A stretch of DNA of 64,000 nt, taken from Minisyncoccia bacterium. Lineage in GTDB: Bacteria > Patescibacteriota > Minisyncoccia > Phycocordibacterales > UBA9973. The stretch is from assembly GCA_049287305.1 (NCBI GenBank), contig JBAQFO010000012.1, positions 7,113 to 71,112 of the forward strand. The letters run 5' to 3'. Of the stretch, positions 45,666 to 57,400 are shown in pieces (within the stretch, counting starts at the first letter, position 1; every line of letters starts with the position of its first letter). The position numbers and the translations under genes were made by a program. Below the pieces are notes generated by a model. That model was not told the DNA's origin. It was given only the letters and a program-made list of their open reading frames with translations, and searched no databases.

Positions 45666-48600
45666 AAAATAGTAAATTAAAAAAAATATTGGTCCTTGGT
45701 TCTGGGGCGCTCAAGATCGGCGAAGCGGGAGAATTTGACTACTCCGGGTCCCAGGCGATAAAAGCTTTAAAGGAAGAAAAAGTAAAAGTGATTTTGGTTA
45801 ATCCGAATATCGCCACATATCAGACATCCAAAACTTTTGCGGATGAAGTTTATTTCTTGCCGATAGACGAATATTTTGTGGAAAAAGTCATACAAAAAGA
45901 AAAGCCGGACGGGATATGCCTGTCGTTTGGTGGGCAGACGGCGCTCAACTGCGGACTTAGGCTTGCCGAAAAAGGAGTATTCAAAAAATACAAGGTAGAA
46001 ATTCTTGGGAGTCCTATTTCTTCCATAGAGCTTACGGAAGACAGAGAAAAATTTGCGGAACATTTAAGGGGAATAAATGTTCCAGTGCCTCCTTCCGGAA
46101 GCGCCACAACTTTCAAAGAAGCAAAAGTGATTGCGGAGAGGGTAGGGTTTCCTCTTATGGTGCGGGCGGCGTTTGCTCTCGGAGGACAGAAGTCGGGAGT
46201 CGCGAACAGCATGAAAGAATTGGAAGAAATAGTGGGAGGGGCGCTATCCATATCACCGCAAGTTTTGATTGAAAAATATCTGCATCACTTTAAAGAAATT
46301 GAATACGAAGTTGTCAGAGATAAATTCGGGAACTGTGTAACTGTTTGTAATATGGAGAACCTGGACCCTCTGGGGATTCATACCGGAGACTCTATTGTGA
46401 TTGCTCCTAGCCAGACCTTGAACAATGAAGAATACCATCGACTACGCGAAGCCAGCATTAAGATTGTGGAGAGTTTAAAAATTGTTGGAGAGTGTAATGT
46501 GCAATATGCCCTTAACCCTTCTTCCAAAAATGGAGAAGTGGATTATTTTGTGATAGAAGTTAATGCGCGTTTGTCCCGCTCAAGTGCTCTAGCGTCCAAA
46601 GCTACCGGATACCCTCTGGCTTACGTGGCGGCTAAGCTTGCGCTTGGTAAAAGTCTTCTTGAGATAGAAAATAAAATAACTAAAGTTACTCAAAGTTTCT
46701 TTGAGCCGGCGATGGATTACGTGGTGGTAAAAATGCCAAGATGGGATTTGTCCAAGTTCGTGGGAGCAGTAGAACACATAGGCAGCGCCATGAAGTCGGT
46801 GGGCGAAGTGATGGCAATAGGGCGGAGTTTTGAGGAAGCCTTCTCCAAGGCTGTCCGGATGGTGAAAGGAGAAGAAGAGGGAATTACCGATAATGTTTTT
46901 AACGGCAGCGCGGAGGTAAATAAATTCTTAAGTGTTCCGACGCCAAAGAGGATTTTTGCGGTTGCCGAAAGTATAAAAAGGGGGGTAAGTTTGGGAAAAA
47001 TTAACAAAATCACGGGGATTGATTTATGGTTTTTATACAGGATACAAAACATTGTAAATTTGGAAAAAGAGTTTTACAAAAACAAATCACTCACCCGGGA
47101 AAATATTTTAGAATTAAAACAAGCAGGCTTTTCAGATAAAAAACTCGGGAGTCTTTGTGGAAAAACCGAGCTTGCGATGCGTAGCTTGAGAAAAAAGCTG
47201 GGCATTGTTCCCTCGGTTTTCGCGATTGATACCCTGGCGGGGGAGTTTCCGGCCAAAACAAATTATTTGTATCTCACTTATCACGGGGCGCATCACGACG
47301 TTAGTCCTTTAGGCAAACAGGCAATTATGGTATTGGGCAGTGGTCCATATCACATCGGGTCGTCCGTAGAATTTGACTGGTCTTCAGTTTATACCGCCCT
47401 TGCCTTAAATAAATATGGCAAACAGTCAATAATAGTAAACTGCAATCCCGAAACGGTTTCCACAGATTATGATATTTCCAACCGGCTTTATTTTGAAAAC
47501 TTATCCTTTGAGACCGTGGCTGATATTTTTGAATTTGAAAACGCTGAAGGTTTGATTATTTCAGTTGGTGGGCAAAGACCCAACAACTTGGCAAATAAGC
47601 TGGGCGAAGCGAAGTTTAAAATTTTAGGCACTACTCCCGAAAATATTGACCGAGCCGAAGACAGGAACGCCTTTTCCGCTCTTTTGGATAAGCTTCATAT
47701 CCTTCAGCCCAAATGGCAGAGCTTTACGTCAAAGAAAGATGCGGAAAAATTTACGGAAATTGAAGGGTTCCCCATTTTGGTGCGGCCTTCGTATGTGCTG
47801 TCGGGCGCGGCGATGAGAGTTTGTTACAACAAAGAACAGCTGCATGACTTTATCGGGAAAGCGGCGATTCTTTCTCCGCTTCATCCTGTTACTATTTCCA
47901 AATATATTGAAAACGCGAAAGAGCTTGAATTTGACGCTGTGGCGCAAAAAGGAGAAATAATGATTTATGGGATTTCCGAACACGTGGAAAATGCGGGAGT
48001 TCATTCGGGAGACGCTACGATAGTTTATCCGACCCAGCGAGTTTACGCTTCCACGGAATTTCAACTGCGGGAAATTTCCAAGAAAATAGCAAAAGAACTT
48101 TCAATAACGGGACCTTTTAATATCCAGTTTTTAGTCAAAGACAATAGACCGTTCGTCATTGAAGTCAATGTAAGGGCGAGCCGAACTTTCCCGCTTTTGT
48201 CCAAGGCTATGGACATAAACTTTCCTGAAATAGCGGTAGACAGCTTTATGGGCAAGGCTAAGGTGCAGAAGGTTCCATACCCGAAGAGTGTGGTGGTGAA
48301 ATCTCCTCAGTTTTCTTTTTCAAGGCTTTTGGGAGCGGACCCCATTTTGCGGGTGGAAATGTCTTCTACCGGAGAGGCGGCGTGCTTTGGAAAGGATTAC
48401 GATGAAGCTCTTTTAAAATCAATTTTATCCACCAACAAATTTGATTTTAAAAATAAAAACGTCCTGCTTTCCCTCGGCGGGGATTTAAACAAAGCTAAAT
48501 TTTTGGAAACTGCCCGAACTCTTCAGGCGCTTGGCTATGTTATTTTTGCCACCGACACGACCGCCAACTTCTTAAAAGACAAAGATGTAAAATGTGTGAT

Positions 48601-48883
48601 GGTGCGAAAAGCCTTTGAGCGGGCGCCCAACGTGCTTGATATAATTTTGGGCAAAAAAGTTTCCTTCGTGGTAAATTTAAGCAAGACGGAGACTTTGACT
48701 GGCGAGAAAAAAGGAGAAGCCAAGCATGTTACTACCGACGGTTTTCGCATCAGGCGCGCCACGGTGGATGGACAGATTCCGCTTTTCACGGACCTGCATC
48801 TGGCGCGAGCCTTCATTAAAGCCTTGTCCAGATATAAGGTTGAGGACTTGGAAATTAAATCTTACAAAGAATATTTAAATTAA
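45662..48883 (+). CDS. carB: Carbamoyl-phosphate synthase large subunit
   Basis: 1073 aa with duplicated ATP-grasp halves and an MGS-like C-terminus. Confidence 0.95.
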   Translation: MKNSKLKKILVLGSGALKIGEAGEFDYSGSQAIKALKEEKVKVILVNPNIATYQTSKTFADEVYFLPIDEYFVEKVIQKEKPDGICLSFGGQTALNCGLRLAEKGVFKKYKVEILGSPISSIELTEDREKFAEHLRGINVPVPPSGSATTFKEAKVIAERVGFPLMVRAAFALGGQKSGVANSMKELEEIVGGALSISPQVLIEKYLHHFKEIEYEVVRDKFGNCVTVCNMENLDPLGIHTGDSIVIAPSQTLNNEEYHRLREASIKIVESLKIVGECNVQYALNPSSKNGEVDYFVIEVNARLSRSSALASKATGYPLAYVAAKLALGKSLLEIENKITKVTQSFFEPAMDYVVVKMPRWDLSKFVGAVEHIGSAMKSVGEVMAIGRSFEEAFSKAVRMVKGEEEGITDNVFNGSAEVNKFLSVPTPKRIFAVAESIKRGVSLGKINKITGIDLWFLYRIQNIVNLEKEFYKNKSLTRENILELKQAGFSDKKLGSLCGKTELAMRSLRKKLGIVPSVFAIDTLAGEFPAKTNYLYLTYHGAHHDVSPLGKQAIMVLGSGPYHIGSSVEFDWSSVYTALALNKYGKQSIIVNCNPETVSTDYDISNRLYFENLSFETVADIFEFENAEGLIISVGGQRPNNLANKLGEAKFKILGTTPENIDRAEDRNAFSALLDKLHILQPKWQSFTSKKDAEKFTEIEGFPILVRPSYVLSGAAMRVCYNKEQLHDFIGKAAILSPLHPVTISKYIENAKELEFDAVAQKGEIMIYGISEHVENAGVHSGDATIVYPTQRVYASTEFQLREISKKIAKELSITGPFNIQFLVKDNRPFVIEVNVRASRTFPLLSKAMDINFPEIAVDSFMGKAKVQKVPYPKSVVVKSPQFSFSRLLGADPILRVEMSSTGEAACFGKDYDEALLKSILSTNKFDFKNKNVLLSLGGDLNKAKFLETARTLQALGYVIFATDTTANFLKDKDVKCVMVRKAFERAPNVLDIILGKKVSFVVNLSKTETLTGEKKGEAKHVTTDGFRIRRATVDGQIPLFTDLHLARAFIKALSRYKVEDLEIKSYKEYLN

Positions 48884-48889
48884 AAATCT

Positions 48890-49807
48890 ATGAAAAATAT
48901 AATTAGTTCCGACCAACTTACAAAAAACGACCTGGAAAACATTTTATCCACGGCAAGCTTGATGGAAGAAAGCTGCAAAGAAGACAAAGTGAAAAAAGTT
49001 TTGGAAGATAAAATTGTGGCCTGTATTTTTTATGAGCCTTCTACCAGGACTCGGTTGTCTTTTGAAACCGCCGCTCTTAAATTGGGGGCAAAAGTAATTT
49101 CTGCCGAAAATGCCATGGAAAATTCTTCTGCTCACAAAGGAGAAAGCATAGAAGATACGACCAAAATACTTTGTTCATACGCGGACGTAATAGTTATTCG
49201 CCATCCCGAGGCGGGGATAATGAATAGGGCCGTAAAAGTCACCACCAAGTCGCTCATAAACGCGGGAGACGGCACTAACCAGCATCCTTCGCAGGGATTG
49301 CTTGATATGTATACGATTAAAAAAGAACATGGCAGGCTAAAAAATTTAAAAATAGGGTTTGGGGGAGACTTATTAAATAGCCGAACCCTGCGCTCGCTTT
49401 TACCATTGCTTCGGCTCTACGAAGGTAATAAATTTTATTTCATTTCTCCGAAAGAATTAGAGCTTTCGCGAGAATTCATAAAAGAATTAAAAGAAAGCGG
49501 TGCGGAATTTGAAGAATTTAGAAGCTTGGAAGAAGCCTTGCCACACTTAGATGTGCTTTATATGACCCGGGTGCAGAAAGAGCGTTTCCGAGATGTCGGA
49601 GAATATGAAAAAGTTAAAGATTTGTTTATTTTAAAAACAGAACACTTAAAAATATTAAAACCTGACGCTATAATAATGCACGCCCTTCCCAAGATAAACG
49701 AGATTGAAGAAGGGGTGGACCAAGACCCTCGCGCCGCCTACTTCCGCCAAGCCGAAAACGGGCTTTATGCCCGGATGGCGTTACTAATTTACGTTTTAGG
49801 GTTATAA
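48890..49807 (+). CDS. pyrB: Aspartate carbamoyltransferase catalytic subunit
   Basis: STRTR and HPSQGLLD motifs. Confidence 0.9.
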   Translation: MKNIISSDQLTKNDLENILSTASLMEESCKEDKVKKVLEDKIVACIFYEPSTRTRLSFETAALKLGAKVISAENAMENSSAHKGESIEDTTKILCSYADVIVIRHPEAGIMNRAVKVTTKSLINAGDGTNQHPSQGLLDMYTIKKEHGRLKNLKIGFGGDLLNSRTLRSLLPLLRLYEGNKFYFISPKELELSREFIKELKESGAEFEEFRSLEEALPHLDVLYMTRVQKERFRDVGEYEKVKDLFILKTEHLKILKPDAIIMHALPKINEIEEGVDQDPRAAYFRQAENGLYARMALLIYVLGL

Positions 49808-49814
49808 TAAAAAT

Positions 49815-50264
49815 ATGGATATGGAACAAGCAGGAAAAGAAATGGCCGGCGCGAACCCAAGAGAGTCATTTCGGCATGCTCTGGAGATACTTGCCGAAGA
49901 AGCCTATGAGGACGTAGCGTATAAATACGGAAACGAGTTTTCAAAAAACCCAAAAGAAATCTATTGGCAGGATGCTTGCCTGCAGTTTTCCGAAAGTTTG
50001 AAAGACATTCTCCAAAGAAAAAACATAAAAAGTAAGTTCAGATATCTCGATATTAAAAGCTTAAAGCCTCGCGCGCCCAAACACGTTATTTTAGAAACGG
50101 CGGATTACCTTATAGATGGGACATGGCAGCAGTTTGAAGACGGGTCTCCTCATCCTGACCACCGTTGCCTTATACTAAGAAAAAATGCCCTGGAAGAAGA
50201 TCTGGAAAAAGCCAGAGTGCCTCGGAGGTTATGGTTCTTGTATTTGGGAGCTAGTCCTAAATAA
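49815..50264 (+). CDS. Hypothetical protein
   Basis: 149-aa ORF starting 8 nt after pyrB. No motif. Confidence 0.5.
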   Translation: MDMEQAGKEMAGANPRESFRHALEILAEEAYEDVAYKYGNEFSKNPKEIYWQDACLQFSESLKDILQRKNIKSKFRYLDIKSLKPRAPKHVILETADYLIDGTWQQFEDGSPHPDHRCLILRKNALEEDLEKARVPRRLWFLYLGASPK

Positions 50265-50273
50265 AATTAACCC

Positions 50274-51347
50274 CTATTGAGACTCTAAAAATCTAAAGAT
50301 TTTTTCATTAGTTAGAACATTTTCGGCATGCATGCGGGCTCGGTCCGGGTCGGCGTCTTTGTAGTGTTCCAGAATTGCGGAGACTTCTTTTGCCACACCT
50401 TCTTCGTCGGGGACTATCTTTTCAACTTTGGCTATTTCGTTTAAGACCAGAGCGAGCTTGGCTTTTTTGTCAGCATCAGTTCGGAAATCTTTTCTTAAAT
50501 CCTCAACTGTTTTGTTCAGGTGTTTGAGATAATCTTCAAACTTCAGTCCCATTTGGGTGATGTCGGACTCCATTCTATATAAAATCTTATCCAACTCAAC
50601 TTCAATTAAAATATCGGGAACTTCAAGGGTACTGTCTTCTATTATTTTTTCAATAATTTGAAGTCTGGTTTTTTCTTTTTGCAAATTTTCTTTTTCAAGC
50701 TTTATGTTTTCCTTGAGTTTGGCCTTAAAGTCCTCTACGTCTTTGAATGGTCCGATAGCTTGCACAAATTCGTCGTTAAATTCAGGCAACTCAACCTTCT
50801 CTGTTTCCTCGTGTTCTTTGGCGTGCGCTTCGGTGTCATCATGCGCGTGTTCGGCCATATGCTTCTTCGGCGCGCGAGATTTCCTTATGTCCATGATGGT
50901 ATTTTCCATGTCTTCATCAGTTACCACGAGATTTTTTTCGGCGTCGGTAATTTTAGAAATTATTTTCTTGGCTAGGACTTTATAGTCCGGAAGTTTTATT
51001 TCAGGCAACACCGCGGTTTTTATTTTAAATCCCAGCGGATTTTTTCGCGCCAGCTTGGTAATAGCTATGTCTGGTCGGCTGATAGCATCTATTTTGTGTT
51101 CTTCCATGATTTTGGGATAGTGTTCTCCCAAGGCCATCTCGGCCATTTCTCCTAGAATTTGCGCTTCGGGGATGTTTGATAACAGGACGTTTTCCGGAGC
51201 TTTACCTTTTCTGAATCCCGGCAGTTCCAACTTGTCTCCGAGTTTTTTTATTGCTTTATTCCAGTATCCTTCAAAAATATCAGCGTCAATTTCTCCCTCT
51301 ATTTCTACTTCGCTTTTTGGTAGTTTCTTTATGTTTATTTTTGGCAT
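50274..51347 (-). CDS. tig: Trigger factor (short form)
   Basis: N-terminal ribosome-binding motif GFRKGKAP. 357 aa, apparently lacking a full PPIase domain. Confidence 0.75.
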   Translation of the reverse strand: MPKINIKKLPKSEVEIEGEIDADIFEGYWNKAIKKLGDKLELPGFRKGKAPENVLLSNIPEAQILGEMAEMALGEHYPKIMEEHKIDAISRPDIAITKLARKNPLGFKIKTAVLPEIKLPDYKVLAKKIISKITDAEKNLVVTDEDMENTIMDIRKSRAPKKHMAEHAHDDTEAHAKEHEETEKVELPEFNDEFVQAIGPFKDVEDFKAKLKENIKLEKENLQKEKTRLQIIEKIIEDSTLEVPDILIEVELDKILYRMESDITQMGLKFEDYLKHLNKTVEDLRKDFRTDADKKAKLALVLNEIAKVEKIVPDEEGVAKEVSAILEHYKDADPDRARMHAENVLTNEKIFRFLESQ

Positions 51348-51437
51348 ACGCTCATACTATATTTATCGTCGTCTTTTGTCAAAAAAACCGCTCTGCCAGA
51401 AGCCAAAGCGGTTTTTCCTTTATATTTTTGAGAGTAA

Positions 51438-51671
51438 TTACTCTACGCTGTTTATTACGTTTGCCTCTATGCTTGTGTCGGCGCTATTTAAATCTTGGTC
51501 CAATGAGTCCAACTCCTGTTCGTCGGAAGGGGACACAACTGTTCCCTCTATTGTTCCTTCGGGAATGGTGTTGTCTTTAGATTGCCAAACATATATTCCG
51601 CCGGCGATGAGTATTATTATTATAATAATTGACCCAATAAGCGCGCCGTTTGATTTTTTTTCTGGTTCCAT
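51438..51671 (-). CDS. Small membrane-anchored acidic protein
   Basis: 77 aa with one TM segment (IIIIIILIAGGIYVW). Confidence 0.4.
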   Translation of the reverse strand: MEPEKKSNGALIGSIIIIIILIAGGIYVWQSKDNTIPEGTIEGTVVSPSDEQELDSLDQDLNSADTSIEANVINSVE

Positions 51672-51711
51672 ATTATTTTTATGAGGTTAAATTTATAATT
51701 TAAAAACAATT

Positions 51712-52389
51712 TTAATCTTTCTCTACCTCTGTTTCATTTTCAGAAGAAACCTTGTCCGCTTTTGCGGCTTCCTTTTTCGCTTTTATCCCTTCTTTTAACG
51801 CTTTCACGGCACTATTTAAAGATGCGCGGGCTTCTTTTAAAAGGGCTTGAGTTTCTTGAGCTAGGGTGCGGAGAGTCGTTTTGTTTTCCGCTGTCAATTC
51901 AGTGATAGAAGTTCCGAGAAGGTTAGTGGCTTCTACTATTTTCGCCTTAGCTGCATCTAATTTTTCTTCAGCTGTGGCAATAAATCCTTCGGCGGCCGTA
52001 GTGTCTACTCCTTTGGCTTTCAGTTTGGTAACTTGTTCCGAGACTCTATCTTTTAAAGCGCTCATTCTTAGAACGGCAACATCAAATCGCTCTAAAGCTT
52101 TCTCCCTTCCGGTAATTCTGGCTTCTTTGGCTTTTGCTTTGACGGCATCCCTCTCCGCTTTCAAGCTTTCCCTCAACGCCTCCATTTTTGCCTTGGCTGC
52201 CTCTCTTTTTGCTTCCAAGTCTTTTTTAAAAGCTTCTCTTTTACTTTCCAATTCTTTCCGCATCTCTTCTCTTTGTTGTTTGTAGCTGTCTCTTGCTGTG
52301 CTATCCGCGCTGTCTTCGGCGCGAACAAAAGAAATGTTCGCAGAAAACACGATTGCTAAAACCACAAACAATCCCAAATATTTTTTCAT
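51712..52389 (-). CDS. Secreted coiled-coil protein
   Basis: Signal peptide MKKYLGLFVVLAIVFSANISFVRA followed by Lys/Glu/Ala-rich helical repeats. Confidence 0.55.
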   Translation of the reverse strand: MKKYLGLFVVLAIVFSANISFVRAEDSADSTARDSYKQQREEMRKELESKREAFKKDLEAKREAAKAKMEALRESLKAERDAVKAKAKEARITGREKALERFDVAVLRMSALKDRVSEQVTKLKAKGVDTTAAEGFIATAEEKLDAAKAKIVEATNLLGTSITELTAENKTTLRTLAQETQALLKEARASLNSAVKALKEGIKAKKEAAKADKVSSENETEVEKD

Positions 52390-52467
52390 AATTTTTTATC
52401 TTAAAACTTATAATAGCGACACTACATCATAAGTATACACCTTTGTCCGATAATTGGCGCAAGCGAG

Positions 52468-53052
52468 TTATTCGAATTTCTTCAGATAGATGCTTTGGTA
52501 TCTGTCTTGGCACTCTTTTATTACCTGTAAGGCTTCTTTTTCGTCAAAAAATCCTTTTGTTATACCAGTGCCCGGTTTTTTTAGATATTTTATGTGTTCC
52601 CAGAAATATATAGTTTCTTTCTGGAATTGTTCACCAAGGTCCTTAATTGATTTTATGTGGTCGCTTCGCCTGTCATCACTTAGCACAGCTATGATTTTAT
52701 CGTCAACTTCTCCAGCATCTTCAAACTTCATTACTCCTATGACTCTTGCCTCTACTAGGCACCCTGGAACCAAAGGTTCAACCATGTTTACTATTACTAT
52801 GTCTAAGGGGTCATTGTCGTAATCCCAGGTTTGGGGTATGGCGCCATAGGCAAATGGGTAAGCAAGCGAAGAGTAACCCACGCGGTCAAGTTTAAGTTGT
52901 CCGGATTCGGTGATTAGTTCGTATTTACTAATGGTTCCCTGATTTATTTCCAGGATTGTGTTAACTATATTTTCTTTTTCTTCTACGAAAGGTGGAAGAA
53001 CATGCAACAGGTTGAGCATGTATTTTGACGGTTTGTGATTTATGTTTGCCAT
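52468..53052 (-). CDS. ppa: Inorganic pyrophosphatase (family I)
   Basis: DNDPLDIVIV and EDAGEVDDKIIAV motifs. Confidence 0.85.
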   Translation of the reverse strand: MANINHKPSKYMLNLLHVLPPFVEEKENIVNTILEINQGTISKYELITESGQLKLDRVGYSSLAYPFAYGAIPQTWDYDNDPLDIVIVNMVEPLVPGCLVEARVIGVMKFEDAGEVDDKIIAVLSDDRRSDHIKSIKDLGEQFQKETIYFWEHIKYLKKPGTGITKGFFDEKEALQVIKECQDRYQSIYLKKFE

Positions 53053-53070
53053 ATATCAACTAGTATAGTT

Positions 53071-54282
53071 CTATTCTTTCTTTTTTTCAACAACTTCGTC
53101 TGGAGTTTCGTCCGAAGTGACTGTTTTGCCGTCGCCCTTGATATCAATTCTCCAGCCCGTAAGCTTGGCTGCCAAGCGCACATTTTGCCCCCCCTTGCCT
53201 ATCGCAAGCGACAGTTGGTCATCGGAAACTTCTACGACAGCTTTGTGCTCAACTTCGTCAACTTCAATGGAAATAACCTTCGCTGGAGAAAGAGCATTGG
53301 AGACAAATTGTTTTGGGTCGGTGGACCAAGGAATAATATCAATTTTTTCACCGGAAAGTTCTCCCGTGATTGTGTTTACCCGAGTTCCTTTTTGTCCAAC
53401 ACAGGAACCAACGGCGTCTATGTGTTCATCGTTTGAGTGAACCGCTATCTTTGTGCGGGCTCCGGCTTCACGCGCTACTGATTTTATTTCCACAACTCCG
53501 TTTTCTATTTCCGGTGCTTCCATGGCAAATAGCTTCTCCACAAATTTAGGATGAGTTCGGGAAAGGCGCAAATTTATTCCTCTTGGCGTGTCTTCAACAC
53601 TGTAAAGGTATGCTCGGACTCTTCGTCCTCGTTCCCAGAATTCTCCCGGAATTTGCTCTTCGGCTGGCAAGATTCCTGTGGCTCTGTTGAAGTCAACATA
53701 TACATTTCCTCTTTCCACTTTTTGCACAATTCCCGAAATTATTTCTCCTTCCTTTGTTCCGTATTCGTCTATGATGGAAGTGCGTTCTGCTTCGCGGATT
53801 TTCTGCACGATTACTTGCTTGGCTGTCTGAGCTGCGATGCGTCCGTAGTCATCCTTGGCTTCCAAGGGAAATATTATTTCATCGTTTACCTCCACTCCCT
53901 TTTTTATTTTTCGCGCGTCTTCAAGAAGCATGTGGTGCTCGGAATTGAAGTGAACGCGCTCATCGCCGTCTTCCTTGATGGAGTATTCGCCTTCATGTTT
54001 GCCTTTGCCGGCTTCTTCTCCGTCCAAAATAGCAATGCTTTCATCCACGACGATTTTTACTTGGAAAAAATCCGTTTTTCCTGTTTCCATGTCGAATTTG
54101 GCGCGGATTATTTGCCCCTTTTTGCCGTAATCTTTCTTGTAGGCCGCCGCCATCGCTTGTTCTATGGCTTCCAGAATTTTTGCTTTGGGAATTTTTCTTT
54201 CTTCTTCGAGCTGTTCTAAGGCTGACCTGAATGTTTTTATGTCTAACATTGATTTTGCGAAATCACGTCGCGCAACCGTCAT
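53071..54282 (-). CDS. nusA: Transcription termination/antitermination factor NusA
   Basis: N-terminal domain, S1 domain and two KH domains in the canonical order. Confidence 0.9.
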   Translation of the reverse strand: MTVARRDFAKSMLDIKTFRSALEQLEEERKIPKAKILEAIEQAMAAAYKKDYGKKGQIIRAKFDMETGKTDFFQVKIVVDESIAILDGEEAGKGKHEGEYSIKEDGDERVHFNSEHHMLLEDARKIKKGVEVNDEIIFPLEAKDDYGRIAAQTAKQVIVQKIREAERTSIIDEYGTKEGEIISGIVQKVERGNVYVDFNRATGILPAEEQIPGEFWERGRRVRAYLYSVEDTPRGINLRLSRTHPKFVEKLFAMEAPEIENGVVEIKSVAREAGARTKIAVHSNDEHIDAVGSCVGQKGTRVNTITGELSGEKIDIIPWSTDPKQFVSNALSPAKVISIEVDEVEHKAVVEVSDDQLSLAIGKGGQNVRLAAKLTGWRIDIKGDGKTVTSDETPDEVVEKKKE

Positions 54283-54445
54283 ATTGGCGCGACGCTCTTT
54301 TATTAAGTTTTTAAAAATAAAAGCCCTGTTCTGGCAGGACTTATACGAGAAAAGTATATCACATTACTACTTTAGAGGCAAGGCTTGAAAAGTTCCTCCA
54401 TTTATCCACAGGCCTAATGATTGTTTTTACTATTGTGTTATAATT

Positions 54446-57400
54446 ATGTGCATGAGTAAAAAATCTATTGTGCGATTTTATTTGCGTCCTGTTTTTTATG
54501 TGTTTTTGGTTACGGTAGCGTTAGTCCTTACTTTTACTATGTTCGTGCCCGCTTCCGCGTCTGCAGCAACGCTTAGCATCCAGCTTAGCGATAGCGCTTG
54601 CGGAGGCACCCGCGCCGGTTCTGCTGCGACTGCCTCTGCCAGCGGGACTGCGAGCGACTGGTCGGGTTATGCCATAGATTCCAATGGCTACGATGCAGAC
54701 TGCGCCAAAGTAGACATGGCGGGAATTACTGAAAGTATGGATTTCCGCGTAGGTATCCAGCTTACTGATGGGGACGCTGGTTGTAGTAGCTCCGAAGCCG
54801 GAACTTCAAGATTGTCTCCTTGGGCTAGCACCGGAGGAGGTTATACAGCTTGGGCTTCGGATTCAAATTCCTATGACCCGGACTGCGCTCAGGTTTATCT
54901 TGAAACCCGGCCCGCTCCTGACGGCGCAGCCATAAAAAACGCAAGCGTACAACTACAGGCCTCCGACAATGCCTGTAGTTCTCAGCTGGGTTCTTCTGTA
55001 GCGGGGGCATGGGTAACAGATTCCAACGGCTACGATTTTGACTGCCTCCGGTTAAAAGTGGTGGCAGACGTTGTTCCGCTCGGCACAGTCACGGTCCAGA
55101 CGCAGGCCTTCGACAAGGATGGCAATCTTATAACCAGCAAACCAGCAGTCAGTTGGACAATAAGTGGACCTCCTGGCGCGCCCAACTGTAACGGTACCAA
55201 TCTTACTGAAAAAACCTGCGAACGCATGCCCTACGGTTCTTACGCTTTTAATCCGGATGGTGTTGATGAAACGATAGGAACAAAAACTTATGAATTTATC
55301 GGTGTGGTTACTCCCCAAACGTTAGGCACGACATCTCCTCCGGCAGGGGCTTGTCCTTCCGGTCAGGCCAATCCTCACCTTGAGTATAACTCAAGCGGTT
55401 CCTGCGGATCTGTAAACAGCTGTGGCGCATCTGAATGCTCCGTTGGCGGCGGTGGCGGCAATGGTGGAGGGATGGACCAACAACTCAATTTTCTGCCGAG
55501 ATCTTCCATATTCTCTGTAATTAAATCTTTTTTCGTAACCAAGAAAGCTTCGGCTCTCCTCGCGGAAGGCGGGTACTGTCAAATTCCTACTGGCAGTGAG
55601 GGGGGTAGTTGTGGAAGTTCCCAGGCTACGTGTTTTAGTCCGTGTACTTGGTATGAACCTGGGGACGGCGGAGGTGATCCTTTGCCGACTCCGCCACCGC
55701 CAAACGACCCGCCACCGACACCCGTCCAGATCTTTTTTACTATCCAATATAAAGAAAAGGCGGTCGTTACCCCTACAGCTTCTTGCACCGTGTCTCCAGC
55801 TTCACCGATGGCAAATGGAACTAACCCAACAATTACTTTTACCACAAATTCGTCTTCAAATTACTGTTATGTTCGTAACGACAATCTCCCAAGCACTGGA
55901 AATCCTGCCCTTCCTGGGTCAAATTTCCCATCAGTAGCAGCACAACCACTTCAATTATCTGGAGGAAGCGATATATACAGCCCCGGAGCTCTATCAGCAG
56001 GGATTCATAATGGTACTATATATTGCCAAACCACATCTGGAACAACGATTACTGAGCCTAATAGCGGGTGGCAGTCTTGTCAATATACTGTTAGCGCTTC
56101 AGCAACTTACGATGTTCTTGGTACCCATAATAGCGGGGGAACAATAACTTCCACCAATCCTAGAACGAATATTGCCGCGGGGGCCTCTACAACTTTTACT
56201 CTTTCTCCAACCGGAACAAACGTAGTAGACAAAACAGATGTTTCCAGCACATCGACTTCATGTGTCTTAAACACAAGTGGATGGTCGGGCAACACCTACA
56301 CCACGGGCGCAATTAATGCCGACTGTACCTACTCTTTTAGTTTTAAATCAGGAGTCGTTTCACCGGTTCCTTACGTTGACCTTACGGCTTCAACTCCAAC
56401 CCCTACTACGGCCGCGATTGGAACACCCGTGACCTTCTCTTCAGCAATTTCCAATGATGGCACAGCTTCTACCGGAGCTTCTTTCTACAACCTGTTCCAA
56501 GTAGCAACGGCAACAAATGGTGGTGGCACAATTACGAGCCTTACTCCGGCTCTTTCCACCACTACTTTGAACGCAGGGACAACTAGGTCTGTTAATTCTC
56601 CTTCATATACATTTACCGGTTCAGCTGGAACGCGTTCAGTTCGCGCTTGCGCTGACAAGAATTCTGTCGCAGGCACGGGAACAATTTCCGAAGCATCTCC
56701 GGGGAGTGAAAACAACAACTGTAGCGCGTGGAGAAACGTGTTAGTAGGCAGTTCTTACGTTGACCTTACGGCTTCAACTCCAACCCCTACTACGGCGACA
56801 GTAGGAGTAGCGCAGACGTTCACTTCTACTATTACAAACAGCGGAACTGTCTCTACTGGAGCAGGTTTTGCAAATCTATTTCAAACATCCACCTTAGCTA
56901 ATGGTGGGGGAATAGTGACCGACTATCTAGTTAGTCCTAATATGAGTTCCTTGTTGGCGGGCACAAATGCTCCAGCTACGAAATCAATTACGTTTTCTTC
57001 AGCGGGAACTATATATATGCGTGCCTGTGCAGATAAAAATTCCGCTACCGGAACCGGAACAATTTCAGAAGTATCTCCGGGGAGTGAAAACAACAACTGT
57101 AGCGCGTGGGTAGCGATAACATTGATTCCTCAGGGAACAATAGCGGGAACGCACGATCAATATAGTGGCACAGTAGCTTCCTCGTCTCAATGTCATGCTG
57201 ATGGGTGGGCTGCTTACTCTACGGATAAAGCTCTTGACCTTAATGTCAGAATTTTAAGTGACGGAGTTTCGGTAGCGACCGGGGTGGCTGGAACTTATAG
57301 GGCAGACTTGCAAGCAGCAGGAGTTTGCACAGGGGGGACGTGTGGCTTTTATATAAATTTGGCTGGGGTGATAACTCCAGGAGTTAATCATGTAATCACA